Assembly (NCBI RefSeq): GCF_000315625.1
Contig: NW_005434627.1
Location: 69,175-133,174, forward strand
DNA from: Guillardia theta CCMP2712
Lineage: Eukaryota > Protista > Cryptophyta
DNA length: 64,000 bases
Reading direction: 5' to 3'
Below the pieces are notes generated by a model that saw only the letters and a program-made list of their open reading frames with translations, had not been told where the DNA came from and searched no databases. Below, piece after piece: positions 1 to 11,192 of this stretch. Within the stretch, counting starts at the first letter, position 1. Each line of letters starts with the position of its first letter. Made by a program: the position numbers and the translations under genes.

Positions 1-996
1 TTATGCTCACGCCTGAGGCTTCCTCCTCCTACTTGCCGTCACCTCCGGTTGACCTCTTGGTTGGACCCTTGGTCAGGATAGCTGCAAGACACTCAGCCGC
101 TGAGCGCTTTATCGAGCTGCCATCGGTCACCGGACAGGCCCGTCGTTGAGCTGGAATGCATTTCCCTTCCAGACCGTCACCTGCGCCATCGTTACACGTC
201 ATGGCACGGGCTGACTCAACAAGGCTGCCTTGTGGTTCTTTGGCTCCACCGGAGTATCCTGAGCGACCTCTTTGCTGGGAGCCTCGGCCTCCTTTCCGAG
301 CATGAAGCCCTTCCCGCTATCCAACAAGGATCACAACACCAGGACAGCTGGAGGACAAACAGCAGCGTTCAGCCGCGTTCTTACACGAACGATCGCTTCT
401 TGGTGCTGGGCTCGCCGTCGGGGGCCTGCGTCTCGGACTTCTCAGCTTTCTCGAACATGCTGGAGGCACTAAAAGTCAGTGAAGGCGCTCTTGCAAGCTT
501 GCGATCACCTCTTGGTGAGATCATCCAGCGATGCCGGCCCGGCTTCAGCCCCAGCAGGAACGTCATGGTCAACATCGTCCTCCCCATCGTCAGCTCCTGC
601 ACGTGCCTCACTTCCTTGGTCGCACTGCCCTGGTCATGGGCAGCAGGCACACCCGTCTCTGGCTCTGGCTGGTGGGGAACGACGTCAGCTGCTCCTGCGC
701 CCGCGGTCACACAGGAATGGGACGCATCAGCATGGAGGAGGGGTCCAACCTCCCGACTCGAAGTATGCGTCCAGTGCCTTCTCGACGTCCCCCTTGGCAC
801 TGCGACGTAAGGTCAAGGTGTGTCGGGCAGTCGGAGAGCAGTCGAGCAACGTGGAGCACAGAGGAGGACGGTCGACAATCGAAGGAGCCCAAGGGCTTTC
901 ACGGCACAGTACAGTATCTCCTTACCTTTCAATGTAGAACTTTGCCACGTCCTCGGAGGCGCCAGTCATCTCGACAAACCGCTCCATGTCGCCCAT
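1..996 (-). CDS. NSFL1C: p47/NSFL1C (Shp1/UBX-SEP family) p97 cofactor, multi-exon, runs off the window start
   Basis: Manual splicing gives a UBA-like N-terminus MGDMERFVEMTGASEDVAKFYIE-SAKGDVEKALDAYFESG, then a GKGFMLG SHP-like motif and the start of a SEP domain (VTVWKGNAFQLNDGPVR). Several ~40-125 nt introns, one GC-AG (181-228). Confidence 0.8.
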
Positions 997-1670
997 GATG
1001 CAGCGAGTCACTCCTGCTGCTGCAGAACAAAAGCACATCAGCATGCCACAGCAGCTTTCCTGACACGATGCAGAGCAACATCTGTGCCTGGATACGTAAC
1101 TGATCCTCACTCCGCACCAGCAATCTTGCTCTTCCAGCCTCCTCAATCCATTCAACCCTCTCTGAAGCTACATTGCTATCGACAACCCTCAAGTTTCTAC
1201 TGCTGTCATGGTCGCAGCCACAAGACGGTTGAAGCTGTAAAGCAGCTGCTATATGACCCGGCAGCAAAGGCTCAGCTCAAGTGTTAACAGCATATCTTTC
1301 ATGCACGCACCGAACGCTGCGCTACACAGAAACAACCCTCGCGCTCTTCATCAGCTGCCTCTCAAATATCCACCATCTCTGCATCCTGCACCCATCGCAT
1401 TGTTGCCTTTTGATAACCATAATCTCCTCCTCTGCCTACATCTGAATGAACCCCACCATTAATCCCTATTCCTTCTCGATGTCTTTCGCTCAAAGACATC
1501 ATTACCGTCATCATTGTCATGACAACCATTACCCGCCTACTTTCGTTGCCATCGTCTGCCTTCCAAAAAGCATCATCTCCAATGACAGCCATCAACTCGA
1601 CTTCCATCAATGCACCCTCAACCAAGGCTGCAAAGGAGATAGACTGAGACTGGTGGAAAAGTATGAGATA

Positions 1671-1754
1671 AGTAAGATGAGTAAGATGATGGTAAGATGA
1701 GTAAGATGAGTAAGATGAGTGAGATGAGTGAAATCAGTAAGATGATGGTAAGAT
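1671..1754 (+). repeat. Degenerate 9-bp tandem repeat (GTAAGATGA)n, ~9 units
   Basis: agtaagatga gtaagatgat ggtaagatga gtaagatgag taagatgagt... read directly. Confidence 0.85.
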
Positions 1755-1860
1755 AGTTTTGCAAACAGGTTCGAATCATGTCATGAAACTTGTCGCATCA
1801 TCAGCATAACTGATCCCATGTCCTAGCGGACCAGCTTACGCCCTCATCCCCTCACTTTTA

Positions 1861-2390
1861 CTGGGGCTGCCTGGCCCGGGCCAGCTGCAGTGCCTGGCCC
1901 GGGCCTCTGCTCAGTGGCCTGCTGCCTGACACTGCCGCGTGGCCCGGCCCGGGCCCGCCGTCCGAACGTCTGTACTGGCCGGGCGAGTCACTCCTGCGGC
2001 ACTGGGTCCGACCGTCCATGACTCAAAGTTAAGTTAATGGAGTCCATGGAGTCGCGCCGGGCCCGGCCCGGACTCGAGAGCCTGACCACGCCGTGACGCC
2101 CCTGCGGGGGCCGGCCGGGCGGGGCCTGCCCGGGCCGGCCGGGCCGGACTCCGGACTCCGCCTTGACCCCGGGCGGTGTTTCCCGGCGCTGCCAGTGGGT
2201 TTACGGCGGCGGGCCCGGCCCGGATCTTCGGAATAGGCACCCCGGTGAACGGCGGCCCGCCGGGCTCCGGAATCATCGACCGGCGGGCTCCCGGAGCGGA
2301 CTGCCGGGAACTTCGGAATCGACCCGGACCGCCGGGCGGGCCGGGCCCGGGCGGGCCGCCGGGGCGGGGGGCCGGCCTTTCTCCGCACCG
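1861..2390. other. GC/CpG-rich palindrome-dense intergenic block 1
   Basis: Dense CCCGGG/CCGGCC/GACTC units, e.g. perfect palindrome CTGGCCCGGGCCAG at 1871-1884. Contains a retroelement 3'-end fragment at 2021-2037. Confidence 0.7.
2021..2037 (-). mobile_element. Fragment of CRE-like retrotransposon 3' end
   Basis: actcaaagttaagttaa is the exact reverse complement of ttaacttaactttgagt at the 3' end of the 32761-33550 element. Confidence 0.55.
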
Positions 2391-3292
2391 TTGAACTTTT
2401 CAACGGTTGCCGTTAGAGGACTGATGACATAGCCCCAGTGAAACGATGCGAAGTTTTGTCATTCGGCTGTCATTTCAAAAATATCTTTCAATATTCAAAG
2501 TTAAAGATGAAATTTCAAATTATGGGAATCAAATTGATTGGAGATATTATTAATCAGCCCGGCGAAAACGAGTGATTTCATCAAGCAACTCTCCCCTGCC
2601 CCCACCCCTTCCCAAGCGCCCTCACTAGAAATAATTCGTCCCCAGCACCCCCACCCATTCAATCCTAGGGAAGTCCATGGTGGTGAATGGTGGTGAACTA
2701 CCCTACCCCCACTGGACACGTCGAACCATAAACAACCATGCCCTGATTAAAATAGTTTATACGAAGCGGCCTCAGGACCCCCCAGTTCATACAGCTGCCT
2801 CAGGACCCCCCCTTGATAGAGGAAACCTAGGCTTCAAAAACCTTCTTGCTGTGGTTCTCGTTTCGACTGTCGCAATCTCATCGCTACCTCGCCTTGTACA
2901 CATTTATACATTTATATCTCCCCCTCCCTCCCTCCTCCTTCCCTCCTCCCCTCCTCCCTCCTCCCTCCTCCCTCCTCCCCCCCGCCCTACTCCACTGATT
3001 TTCTAACTTGCTTGTTGTGTTCTGTGTGCACTTTCCCAACCTCGGCCTGTGCTTCTTCGCACACAAGGCCGTTTACAATCTCAGAATTTGATAATCCCGC
3101 TGCTCTCACTGCGTTACTTCATTCCCTTTGGTTCTTGGAGCTTGTTGCTCAACCTTTATTTCTCCGCTTCCAGATTGCTCTCAGTGCAGAAATTTGGCTG
3201 TTCTCAACCCCTGGTGCATGCAAGTTCATATCTCATAAGAGGCAAATCAACGTACATCTGTACCAGCAGCCACCGCACAAACGGAATCAAGA

Positions 3293-3715
3293 ATGCAGAA
3301 CCCTCCCCCCCTTCAGATAACTGTGATTCCAAGGAAAAGGAAAAACGAAGAGAGGAACAATAGGCAACCAATCACACTCGACAAGGAGACTCTTGAACAA
3401 TACCTTCAGTACAGCCAGAGAGAGGCTGCAGCAAAATTAGACATCTCACTCACAGCTCTCAAGAATGTATGCAAGTTTGTTGGGCTAAACAACTGGACCG
3501 ACAGCAGAAAGCCTAGCAAGATCCCGCGGTCTTCTCCCTCATCTGAGGATTGTGAAACCAGCAGTCAGTCAAATTCATCCACGTCAAACTGTGGAACAGA
3601 CGATTCATCGAGCTCGGAATCCTTCCTTGACAGTGAAGCAATACGTCGCTGGAGCCCTCGCTCATTCTTCCATGATGAGATTTACGACGAAGTGATCGAA
3701 CACTCATGGCTATAA
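3293..3715 (+). CDS. RWP-RK domain transcription factor (degenerate RWP motif), intronless
   Basis: ITLDKETLEQYLQYSQREAAAKLDISLTALKNVCKFVGLNNW matches the RWP-RK helical core, preceded by VIPRKRK; Ser-rich tail. Confidence 0.85.
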   Translation: MQNPPPLQITVIPRKRKNEERNNRQPITLDKETLEQYLQYSQREAAAKLDISLTALKNVCKFVGLNNWTDSRKPSKIPRSSPSSEDCETSSQSNSSTSNCGTDDSSSSESFLDSEAIRRWSPRSFFHDEIYDEVIEHSWL

Positions 3716-4302
3716 CCACAGTGAACACAGAGTGTATGGTTCGTTTATTTTCTGTGACCACAAAATAATCCTGCTTCTAATTGATCAATAATCAACTTTC
3801 AAAGTCAGAGCAAAGCTGCCAACCTTACTCATGTACGTATATTCGACACGTTGGCCAACGACATGATTGTATATACTCTTTGCTTGTCTAGAATTGGTGT
3901 AGTAGTTTCATGAGTCCCGTACTGCATGTCACGATCAGACAACTTAGAGAGACCTCATGTTAATTCGAACTTGCAGTTCGCAATTTTCTTTTCAAGATTT
4001 TCCAGTAAACCTATTCTTCATAAGGCCTGGACTTTGGCCCCTTCCTCAAAGATGTTCATTCCAGGATTTTGCAGTGAACCTTTTTTTCTTAATACACATA
4101 TGACATGGACTCTCATTTCATTAATTTTTGCTGAAAGCTGCCACGGTCGGTGGTTCACCATAACAGCAATTTGAACATCCGGGCAGCCTGTGTGAGCCGC
4201 CTAACTAGGTTAAGCCTCAACGTGGCCTGAGTTATGACTGAGGATTCAACTGAGTGCTCCGCCCCACTGCCATGGTATGATCATGGCCGCGGCGCCCAGT
4301 GA

Positions 4303-4400
4303 GGGTTGGTTCTCACTCTCTTCTCTTCTCGCCGTATGGCCTGTGCGACAGTGTCAGGGTCAAGGCTCCTCGACTCTCCTGATTGTCCTCGTAATGATTT
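4303..4400 (+). mobile_element. Solo copy of CRE-like retrotransposon 3' UTR
   Basis: ttctcttctcgccgtatggcctgtgcgacagtgtcagggtcaaggctcctcgactctcctgattgtcctcgtaatgattt is near-identical to 33451-33530. Confidence 0.8.
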
Positions 4401-5043
4401 ATATACACGCAAAATTGCAGGACCCGAGAGAGACTGAGGGTAAAGTGGCTCTCCAAAGATTTTCGATAGAAACAACAAAAGATGCTAGACACAATCATTC
4501 GCTTCAGGTCACCTATCACAATAGGTCGGATTCCGCCCTTTCAAGTTCCGCTGAATTGGCAGTAGCAATGAATCGCCCCCCTCTGGTGTATTCCTCGAGG
4601 AAAGCTCCCGAAGGGATTCCCAGCGCGATCGGCTTCAAGATGAGGTCAATGTATCGCTTTTTGTGATCATCAGGCAGTCTGAGAATGTACGGTCGCAGGT
4701 GCCAGGCTGGCCCTCACTGAAGACGGTCGCCAACCAGGTTTGAGTCAGGGCCCGGGGGCACTGTCAGAATCGCCGCAGGCACTGCAGCAATTCCCCTACT
4801 ACCTCTCGCTGCCACGGATCTAAGATCCGAAGTTGTCCGAAGCAACGAGACCCGGCGGGTTTATCCGATCGGCGATGGCATACTAGTTTGGGCCCGGGAC
4901 CGTGGCACACTGTGACAGACCGTACTCAGTCAGTGAGGGCCCTGCGACTCGCCCGGCCGTCAGACTCGGCTTTGAGTCTCAGTGACTCTCCTGAGGCTCA
5001 GGCTCACTGTACGGTCCGACAGTCCGATCATCGGCCCGGGCCG

Positions 5044-5089
5044 GATTGTCCATAGTACTGATTTTTACCTTAACTTAAGTTGAGTAAAA
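5044..5089 (+). mobile_element. CRE-like 3'-end fragment
   Basis: gattgtccatagtactgatttttaccttaacttaagttgagtaaa resembles gattgtcctcgtactgatctttaacttaactttgagtaaa. Confidence 0.7.
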
Positions 5090-5158
5090 GTCTAGGCTGA
5101 CTCTCTCCGACTCCGGCGAGGGACGGCCTGGGAGCCGGCCGCCCGGCCGGTCTTCAAG

Positions 5159-5190
5159 TTTACTCAAAGTTAAGTTAAAAATCAGTACGA
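5159..5190 (-). mobile_element. CRE-like 3'-end fragment, inverted relative to 5044-5089
   Basis: tttactcaaagttaagttaaaaatcagtacga is the reverse complement of tcgtactgatttttaacttaactttgagtaaa (32729-32760). Confidence 0.8.
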
Positions 5191-5669
5191 CCGTCCGGTG
5201 ACAGTGAAATCTCAGTCACTTGAGTCAAGTTTGAAAATCTAGCTTTTAACTCGCCCTTGACCCGCCGATATGTGGGCGCTGGCGCCAGGGATGCTGGAGA
5301 CGGCCAAGAAGGCGCAGAGACATAAGACGCACAAGGTAACAGTAACGTGAAACTTGAAACGTTCACTCTCCCTTCATCATCGTCATCAGTTCAAGTAGTG
5401 TCAGCACGAGCGGACCGCACCGTCTTGTGAGTAGCAGGCCCGAACGAGTCACGTTAGGCGAGCAGGCATCCTGAGGGCATCCAGACCGGCACTCCGATCT
5501 GATCGGATCAGAACGTCTCACGTGACTGTGACAAGCCTCAGTAGTGACTTATAGTAGCCTGCCGAAGGCACCGCCGGGTAGAACGGGGGCCACAGGTTGT
5601 CTCAGTCTGGTGGCGGCAACGAGTCAAGTTGTAGACAGCGTTCCGACCTGAAGTGCTAGCAAGAGCAGA

Positions 5670-6412
5670 GGGTTCCAGAGTGATAGAAGTCATCATCGGA
5701 TTATACATGTGGGAGCAGAATGATGATCATGTTCATGGTTGGTAATTCTGCCGCTGAGAACGATCGAGATGAACCTTGCAGGGTTCTGATTGACACAACA
5801 GGACCACACATACGTATCACTGTAAGGCAGATGGTGACCTTTCTAATAATAGACGGTCAGTCAGACGATTGAAAAGCAGTTAAACAATACGGACGATGGC
5901 CCGGCCAGTGGTGCGGTTGGTATCGGACTCGCGGACAGTTAGATTGCGATCTGCTTTCCTCACAATGTGTAAGAATGCTGCTCCCAAACGATTGTCAATC
6001 AAAATCATTTTTTAGTGAGATACTTCCTGTTTGCTGCATTTTGTCATGTTTCGACATGACAACTACAGATAGGACTTTTGTGAGGGTTCATCTGTCAATG
6101 TGCACAAAGATGTAGTATTAGACTTAAGCCACGACTTCAACCTCAAATTCAAAGATTGGTGGTCAGGATAACACCAAGGGATTGATGACTTGGTTTTATC
6201 AGGTGTTAATTGACGAAGACAACGAAGATCAAAACACTCAAGACAAAGAGAACACAAACAAGAAGCCAACATCATCTAGGATGCGAACTTTCGGAACAAT
6301 CATCAGCACAAATCTTCCCTTGGTAGCATTGTCTCTCAAGAAAAGCAAGCAAATCGTCAGCCTGACTCCCCCAGAAAACACTGTAAGAAACCTTCGTCTT
6401 ATCACCAATTAG
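5670..6412 (+). CDS. Hypothetical spliced gene or gene fragment, no clear start
   Basis: Short GT-AG introns join RVIEVIIGLYMWEQNDDHVHG-WVLIDTTGPHIRIT-TVSQTIEKQLNNTDDGPASGAVGIGLAD in frame. Downstream exons are uncertain. Confidence 0.35.
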
Positions 6413-6577
6413 TTACAACTTCTCGCTTCAGGTCTCCAACGATCTTTTGGAGGAGAAGAAAGAATGACAAGGTGCAAGCTAATGTCGAGACGACCCAATT
6501 GTTTCACAAGAGTCTTTTCATTGGATAAACTACAGGAGAAAGAATGGAAAAGTGACAACGTCATCAAACATAGAAAT

Positions 6578-7234
6578 TTACATGCAGAAGGAGCCAGGGT
6601 GATGGTCGTTAGCCACGTCCGTCAGCTGATCCTTCCCCTTCTTCACTTCAACATTGGAATCCTTGCGCAATGAGTTGAATAACCCTATCAACCCGATGAT
6701 CCCAAACACCAACGACGCCGAGAAAATCCCAAAAAACCTCAGAGCCATCATCCCCGCTGCCCTCAGCGCCAGGAGTCCCACCGTCATCATAGAAACCGCT
6801 GCCCCTGCCCTGAGCGCCCAAGACACATACAGCAGACCCATGGACAGAGCGTCAGTATTGTGCGTGTCCTTGGCAGCTTTCTTGGACCTCAGCTGAGACT
6901 TTCTTGAACGAACAGCCTTGGCACGATTCGACCTTGCCTTCCTCCTGACGGGGCAGTCAGGGTCAAGCTGCCATGCCATCTTCTGGTTGTCCAGTTCCTC
7001 CTTCTCCAAACCCATCAATCTTGCTGAGAGGGGGGGAAGAGGAGGAGGAGTCTGGAGGTAAGTGGGGGTTGTCTTCTGAATTACAACTTGCCTGGTCCTG
7101 CCTGGCACAATTGTTCTGCTTCCTGATTCCGTGCTTCCCTTGCCAGATTTCATCCAAATATGAGGAGCGAAGCATGATACGCATTGAAGTGTAGACAACA
7201 CTAGGACACTCTGAACGAAAAGTCTCGCTATCAT
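6578..7234 (-). CDS. Putative plastid-targeted membrane protein of unknown function
   Basis: Signal peptide MIARLFVQSVLVLSTLQCVSC followed by F-AP (AXA-F-like cleavage motif of complex red plastids), a basic region and two C-terminal hydrophobic helices. Confidence 0.6.
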   Translation of the reverse strand: MIARLFVQSVLVLSTLQCVSCFAPHIWMKSGKGSTESGSRTIVPGRTRQVVIQKTTPTYLQTPPPLPPLSARLMGLEKEELDNQKMAWQLDPDCPVRRKARSNRAKAVRSRKSQLRSKKAAKDTHNTDALSMGLLYVSWALRAGAAVSMMTVGLLALRAAGMMALRFFGIFSASLVFGIIGLIGLFNSLRKDSNVEVKKGKDQLTDVANDHHPGSFCM

Positions 7235-9049
7235 GTTGGCCGTCAACTTTTCTTGATGTGTGGGTAAATTTCAGCAATGATAAATATGAATTTCTTTCCT
7301 TACGAGGATGTCAACAGGTTATTCAATATTACCAGATTGACAGTCTGGCAATGTCTCTGTGTGTTACTGAACTCCGTGTCGTGAATTACTCAAAGTGAAT
7401 ATTCAGTAAGCGATTCTTCAGGAACAAAGTCGAATAAACAATGGGGATGTGATTCAAGTTCAATGTCAATGTTGAAGATTTAGATGGCAACACAAGGCAG
7501 GATCCTCAGAAAGGTGGAAAAGTGGCAGAGCAGCGAAGAAGAGCGACGAAGGGAGTTGTGGGGAGGGAAAGAGCAGGAGGATGGGAAGTGCAGGGCACGA
7601 GGAATGTGAGGTCCGAGTGGGGGGCTGGGTCACTACTAAAAGACGTTTTAGTCATGAAAATGTGTTTTAAATACCTGTTCTACTATTGTTTTTGTCTCGG
7701 GCGATTGGGATCCCAAATTCAACAGGTAATGTTTGAAATATTTGAAAACAAATTGTGAAGAGTTTGCTAAGAGCTTGAAAATCTCTCGCCAAATACGTTT
7801 GGAAGCACCTCTACGTTGAAATTTTGAACGTACATCAAAAACCCTTTTTTAACACCACGATATATATAGTTGTAAGGACTCATACAAACATATACATTAT
7901 TATATTATTTTAAATTGCACCCCAGTGGTGACGAAAGAACAGCATTTCGAAACAATTTGGGGTTGGGTAGGGTCCTGAAGTCCAAGCACTGGTTTGCGGG
8001 GCACAAGAGGTATGATTCTATATGTGCTTCAAGGGATATTCTGACGATCAACTTCTTGGCGTCCAGTGTTCGGCTTTGCTTCTTCTCCTTGTGCTGTGAT
8101 GGGGGTAGTCCCTCAGTAGGTGGTAGGGGTAACAATTGTTTTTGAATACACAGCAGGGGTGCTTGACCACGGGTACATTTGTCATGTAAAATGCTGTCTA
8201 AGGTGGGGTAGTCAGTCTATAGAAAAATGGCGTGCCTTGTACCTGAAGAAAATTCGATCAGGAGGACCCTACCCTACAGTTCAACCGCATGAAAAGGGGT
8301 GTTGAAAGCGCTGTCAGGTCTGTCGTACATCTGTATTTTGTGAGGGTAGGGTGACAATTGGACCGGTTGAAATCTCTGATAAAATGCCACAACAACAGAG
8401 AATAAGTATGGTGGGTACTAAGCTCATGGGGTACTCTGAATTTTTGGGGTGGGGCAGCATTAAATAATTACTGGGGTCGGATTCGCGTAATAGAAATCTC
8501 AAATTTAAAAATAATCTAAAACGAAAAAATTGAACGTGACTTGACCGTCACGAGGAAGGGGGGTGGGAATCACAAGATCCCTCAAAACTCTGTAGGGCTC
8601 GAACGGGAGCCTGTTGAATATAGAGCTCTTAAGGAAGAAATGCAGAAGGGGTAGGGCCGCAGAGGGCAGCCTCGGCGGGCACTGGGGCCGGAGCAGTGTA
8701 GCAAGCAAGAGGATGATGGGATATGAGAAATTTCCTAATACTCCAAATAGATAACAGGTCGGCTACGGAAGGGAAGGAAGAAACCCTGAGTGGCAAAGCC
8801 AAGGGTGTTCCGGGAAACGATGAGTTTCAACAACGTTTGCAATTTTAAAAAGGTGTAGACTTGTGAGGGAAACGGTGTAGTTTCATTAGTATTATATACG
8901 TAAATGGTCATTTTAAAGTTAAATTATATATAACTTTCGTCAGATCGGGGATTGGCTCTTTGTGTGTATTGATCTCAATTTTCAAATTTAATCAGATAAT
9001 TAGAAACTTCAATTTCATAGCGTCAAATTGCCCCAAGCAGCCTCATTAT

Positions 9050-9600
9050 GTTGGGTCCCCTCCGGGCACCGCCCGGCCGGGCGGCCGAGCCCGGCCGAGG
9101 GCCGGCGGCCTGGCCGCTGTGGCGGGGCCCGGCGGCCGCAGCCTGTCGCGGCGGCCCGGCCGGGCGGGGAAAGTGCGGTCGGGCCCAGCGGCAGCCCGGA
9201 CGGTGGCCGTGACTCGCCTCAGTCGGACGGCGGCGTCACTGAGTCACGGATGGCAGTTTGACACCGTGAGTCACTGCGGCAGCCGCGGGCCAAACCGCGG
9301 CCCACGGCACCGTCCGATCCGACGGTCGGACGCCGGCGACACAGGCTGCCGGGCCTCGGACCCGGTCAAAGTTCAATCTTAGGGCCTCAAACTTTCAGTT
9401 AAGTTAAAGATCAGTACGAGGACAATCAGGAGAGTCGAGGAGGCTTGACCCTTTTGAAGCCGCTCCGGGCCGACCGTCGTACGGTAGACTCTCAGAGCCG
9501 CGGGCCGGGCTGGGCCCGGGCCGCCGCCGGGCACTGGCAAGGATCGGATCCGGGCCCGCCGCGGCCGGGGCGGCCCGATGAAACTTTGAACTTGACTGTC
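9050..9600. other. GC-rich palindrome-dense intergenic block 3, centre of a divergent intergenic region
   Basis: CCGGCCGG/GGCCCGGG runs and hairpin CGTCCGA..TCGGACG (~9311-9332); flanked on both sides by AT-rich DNA and GGGTAG/TACCC tracts. Confidence 0.7.
9397..9452 (-). mobile_element. CRE-like 3'-end fragment
   Basis: agttaagttaaagatcagtacgaggacaatcaggagagtcgaggaggcttgaccct is the near-exact reverse complement of 33486-33541. Confidence 0.85.
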
Positions 9601-9889
9601 CAACTCAGTGGGGTCCCTTTGGAAGAGTGCAAGGCCGTCGGTCACTGCCCAAGTAAAGGGGCATACGGCAGTGTGGCGGGTTGCATCTGAAAGATGGCGT
9701 TGATTTCCAGAAAATTCCCTTTGTCGAATACTGATTCCATTTTGAAATAAATGAGCCCAAATTGCGCTGAAAGCCTCGAAAGTTACTTGAATAACTCTGA
9801 TTTGTATTCGGAACCCTCAAAATGAAGCAAATCATGTTTGTAAATCATACTTGAAAACAAGTTCTTTCGCTTATTTGCTTCGCTGGCAG

Positions 9890-11135
9890 TACTGGTACCC
9901 CAACTGTACCCGAGTTACATCTTCAAATATCTTACTAAATTAGTTCTTTCAACTTCAAAGTTTCTTGGAATATTTGATACATTTTTATGAATTTGGGAAC
10001 CCCATCGCCAACTTCAATTGCGCCTTGCCAAGCTCGTGCAGCCCTCAACTACAAATCTTGGACTTCGCACGAGCTCCCTACCCCTACCCCTCCAGCGACG
10101 ATGTACCCCCCATTGACCTCCCTTTCCCCCCCACCCTCCGGTCCAAGAAACTCAATTGAATCTCTATCATCGTGGACCCCTCCTTCCCCCTTCTCAGTTT
10201 CACCTACCCAGTGACACCCCCTACCTACTTTGGTAGCCGAGGTCCCATTCTTGAATGTCTGACCTGCTACCCCCACGCACCCAAATCCATCTGGACTCAT
10301 CTGTACCCCCATCAATACACTCAAAGTACCCCGTTCATTACCATCTTTTCTGACACTGCCACCCTTCCCACTTGATCAAGACATCTCGAGCTTGTTTTTT
10401 GAATTTTGACCACCCGTGCTGTTATGTCTACTCATGCCTCATGAGGGTGGGTAGGGTGGGTGGATGTGGGCCAGGGGGTGAGGTCCTTTTATAACAACGT
10501 CGACACATAACAAAGAGAACGCGTTGGACCCCTTCGACAAAATCTCCACCCACCCTATAAAATACGATGAATATGCATTATAAAGTACCCGTACTGGGCC
10601 TCGAATCCCGTTTCGGGACCACCCGTACCCACGATTCTTTATCGTTTTCCATTAGCTCTTTTCTTTTTGCACTACCCTACCCTTTCATTGGTACCTGCTA
10701 AAACCACCCTACCCCTCATTTTTCCGCTACGCCTCAACTACCACCTATGAAACTACCATAACCCCTCATTCTAGACTGCAGTACCCTCTATTGGACTGAT
10801 TCTTGTTTACCCCACCCCTCAAAGTCCCAAGAATTCATGAGACTGACCACCCGGTCACTTGGACCACCCCTAGTACCCACCACCATACTACCCCACCCTG
10901 TCATCATGAGAGGATCCCATGCATCCCCTCCCGATTCATGTGATTGGACCCCCACCGTATGCACTCGAAACATCACCCCCTCTCCACTACCCTACCCTCA
11001 AAACAAATTGATGCCTCTTTAAATTTCGATAGAGTTGCGTGATTCCATAGGTTTTCCCTTATCTAAAAGAGTCATAGTGGCCGCTTCATTTGCATTCTAG
11101 TACCACCCACCTGCTGTTTGCTTCACCCTACCCTG
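9890..11135 (+). promoter_or_regulatory. TACCC(C)TACCC/GTACCC-rich upstream tract (candidate promoter)
   Basis: Many ccctacccc/gtaccc motifs immediately upstream of the + strand gene at 11193; similar tracts precede other gene starts. Confidence 0.45.
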
Positions 11136-11192
11136 TCTGAAATACGAACGGAGATACAGAGGGGGGTCATCTCCCACGCGCCAAACCCGTGC

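Larger units (their letters stand above)
4680..5600. other. GC-rich palindrome-dense intergenic block 2
   Basis: GGGCCCGGG, TCAGTGA/GACTC units and hairpins such as TCTGATC-G-GATCAGA (~5498-5512); holds two inverted retroelement 3'-end copies. Confidence 0.65.

Noticed and set aside
1500-1630. Minus-strand LVEGALMEVELMAV resembling the RidA/YjgF C-terminal motif
   Set aside because: Too short; no supporting upstream exons could be spliced. May be UTR or a fragment.
2029-2432. ORFs in GC blocks (also 8960-9382, 33536-34040, 35433-35801)
   Set aside because: Arg/Pro/Gly/Ala-rich by-products of GC-rich palindromic DNA with no domain-like content.
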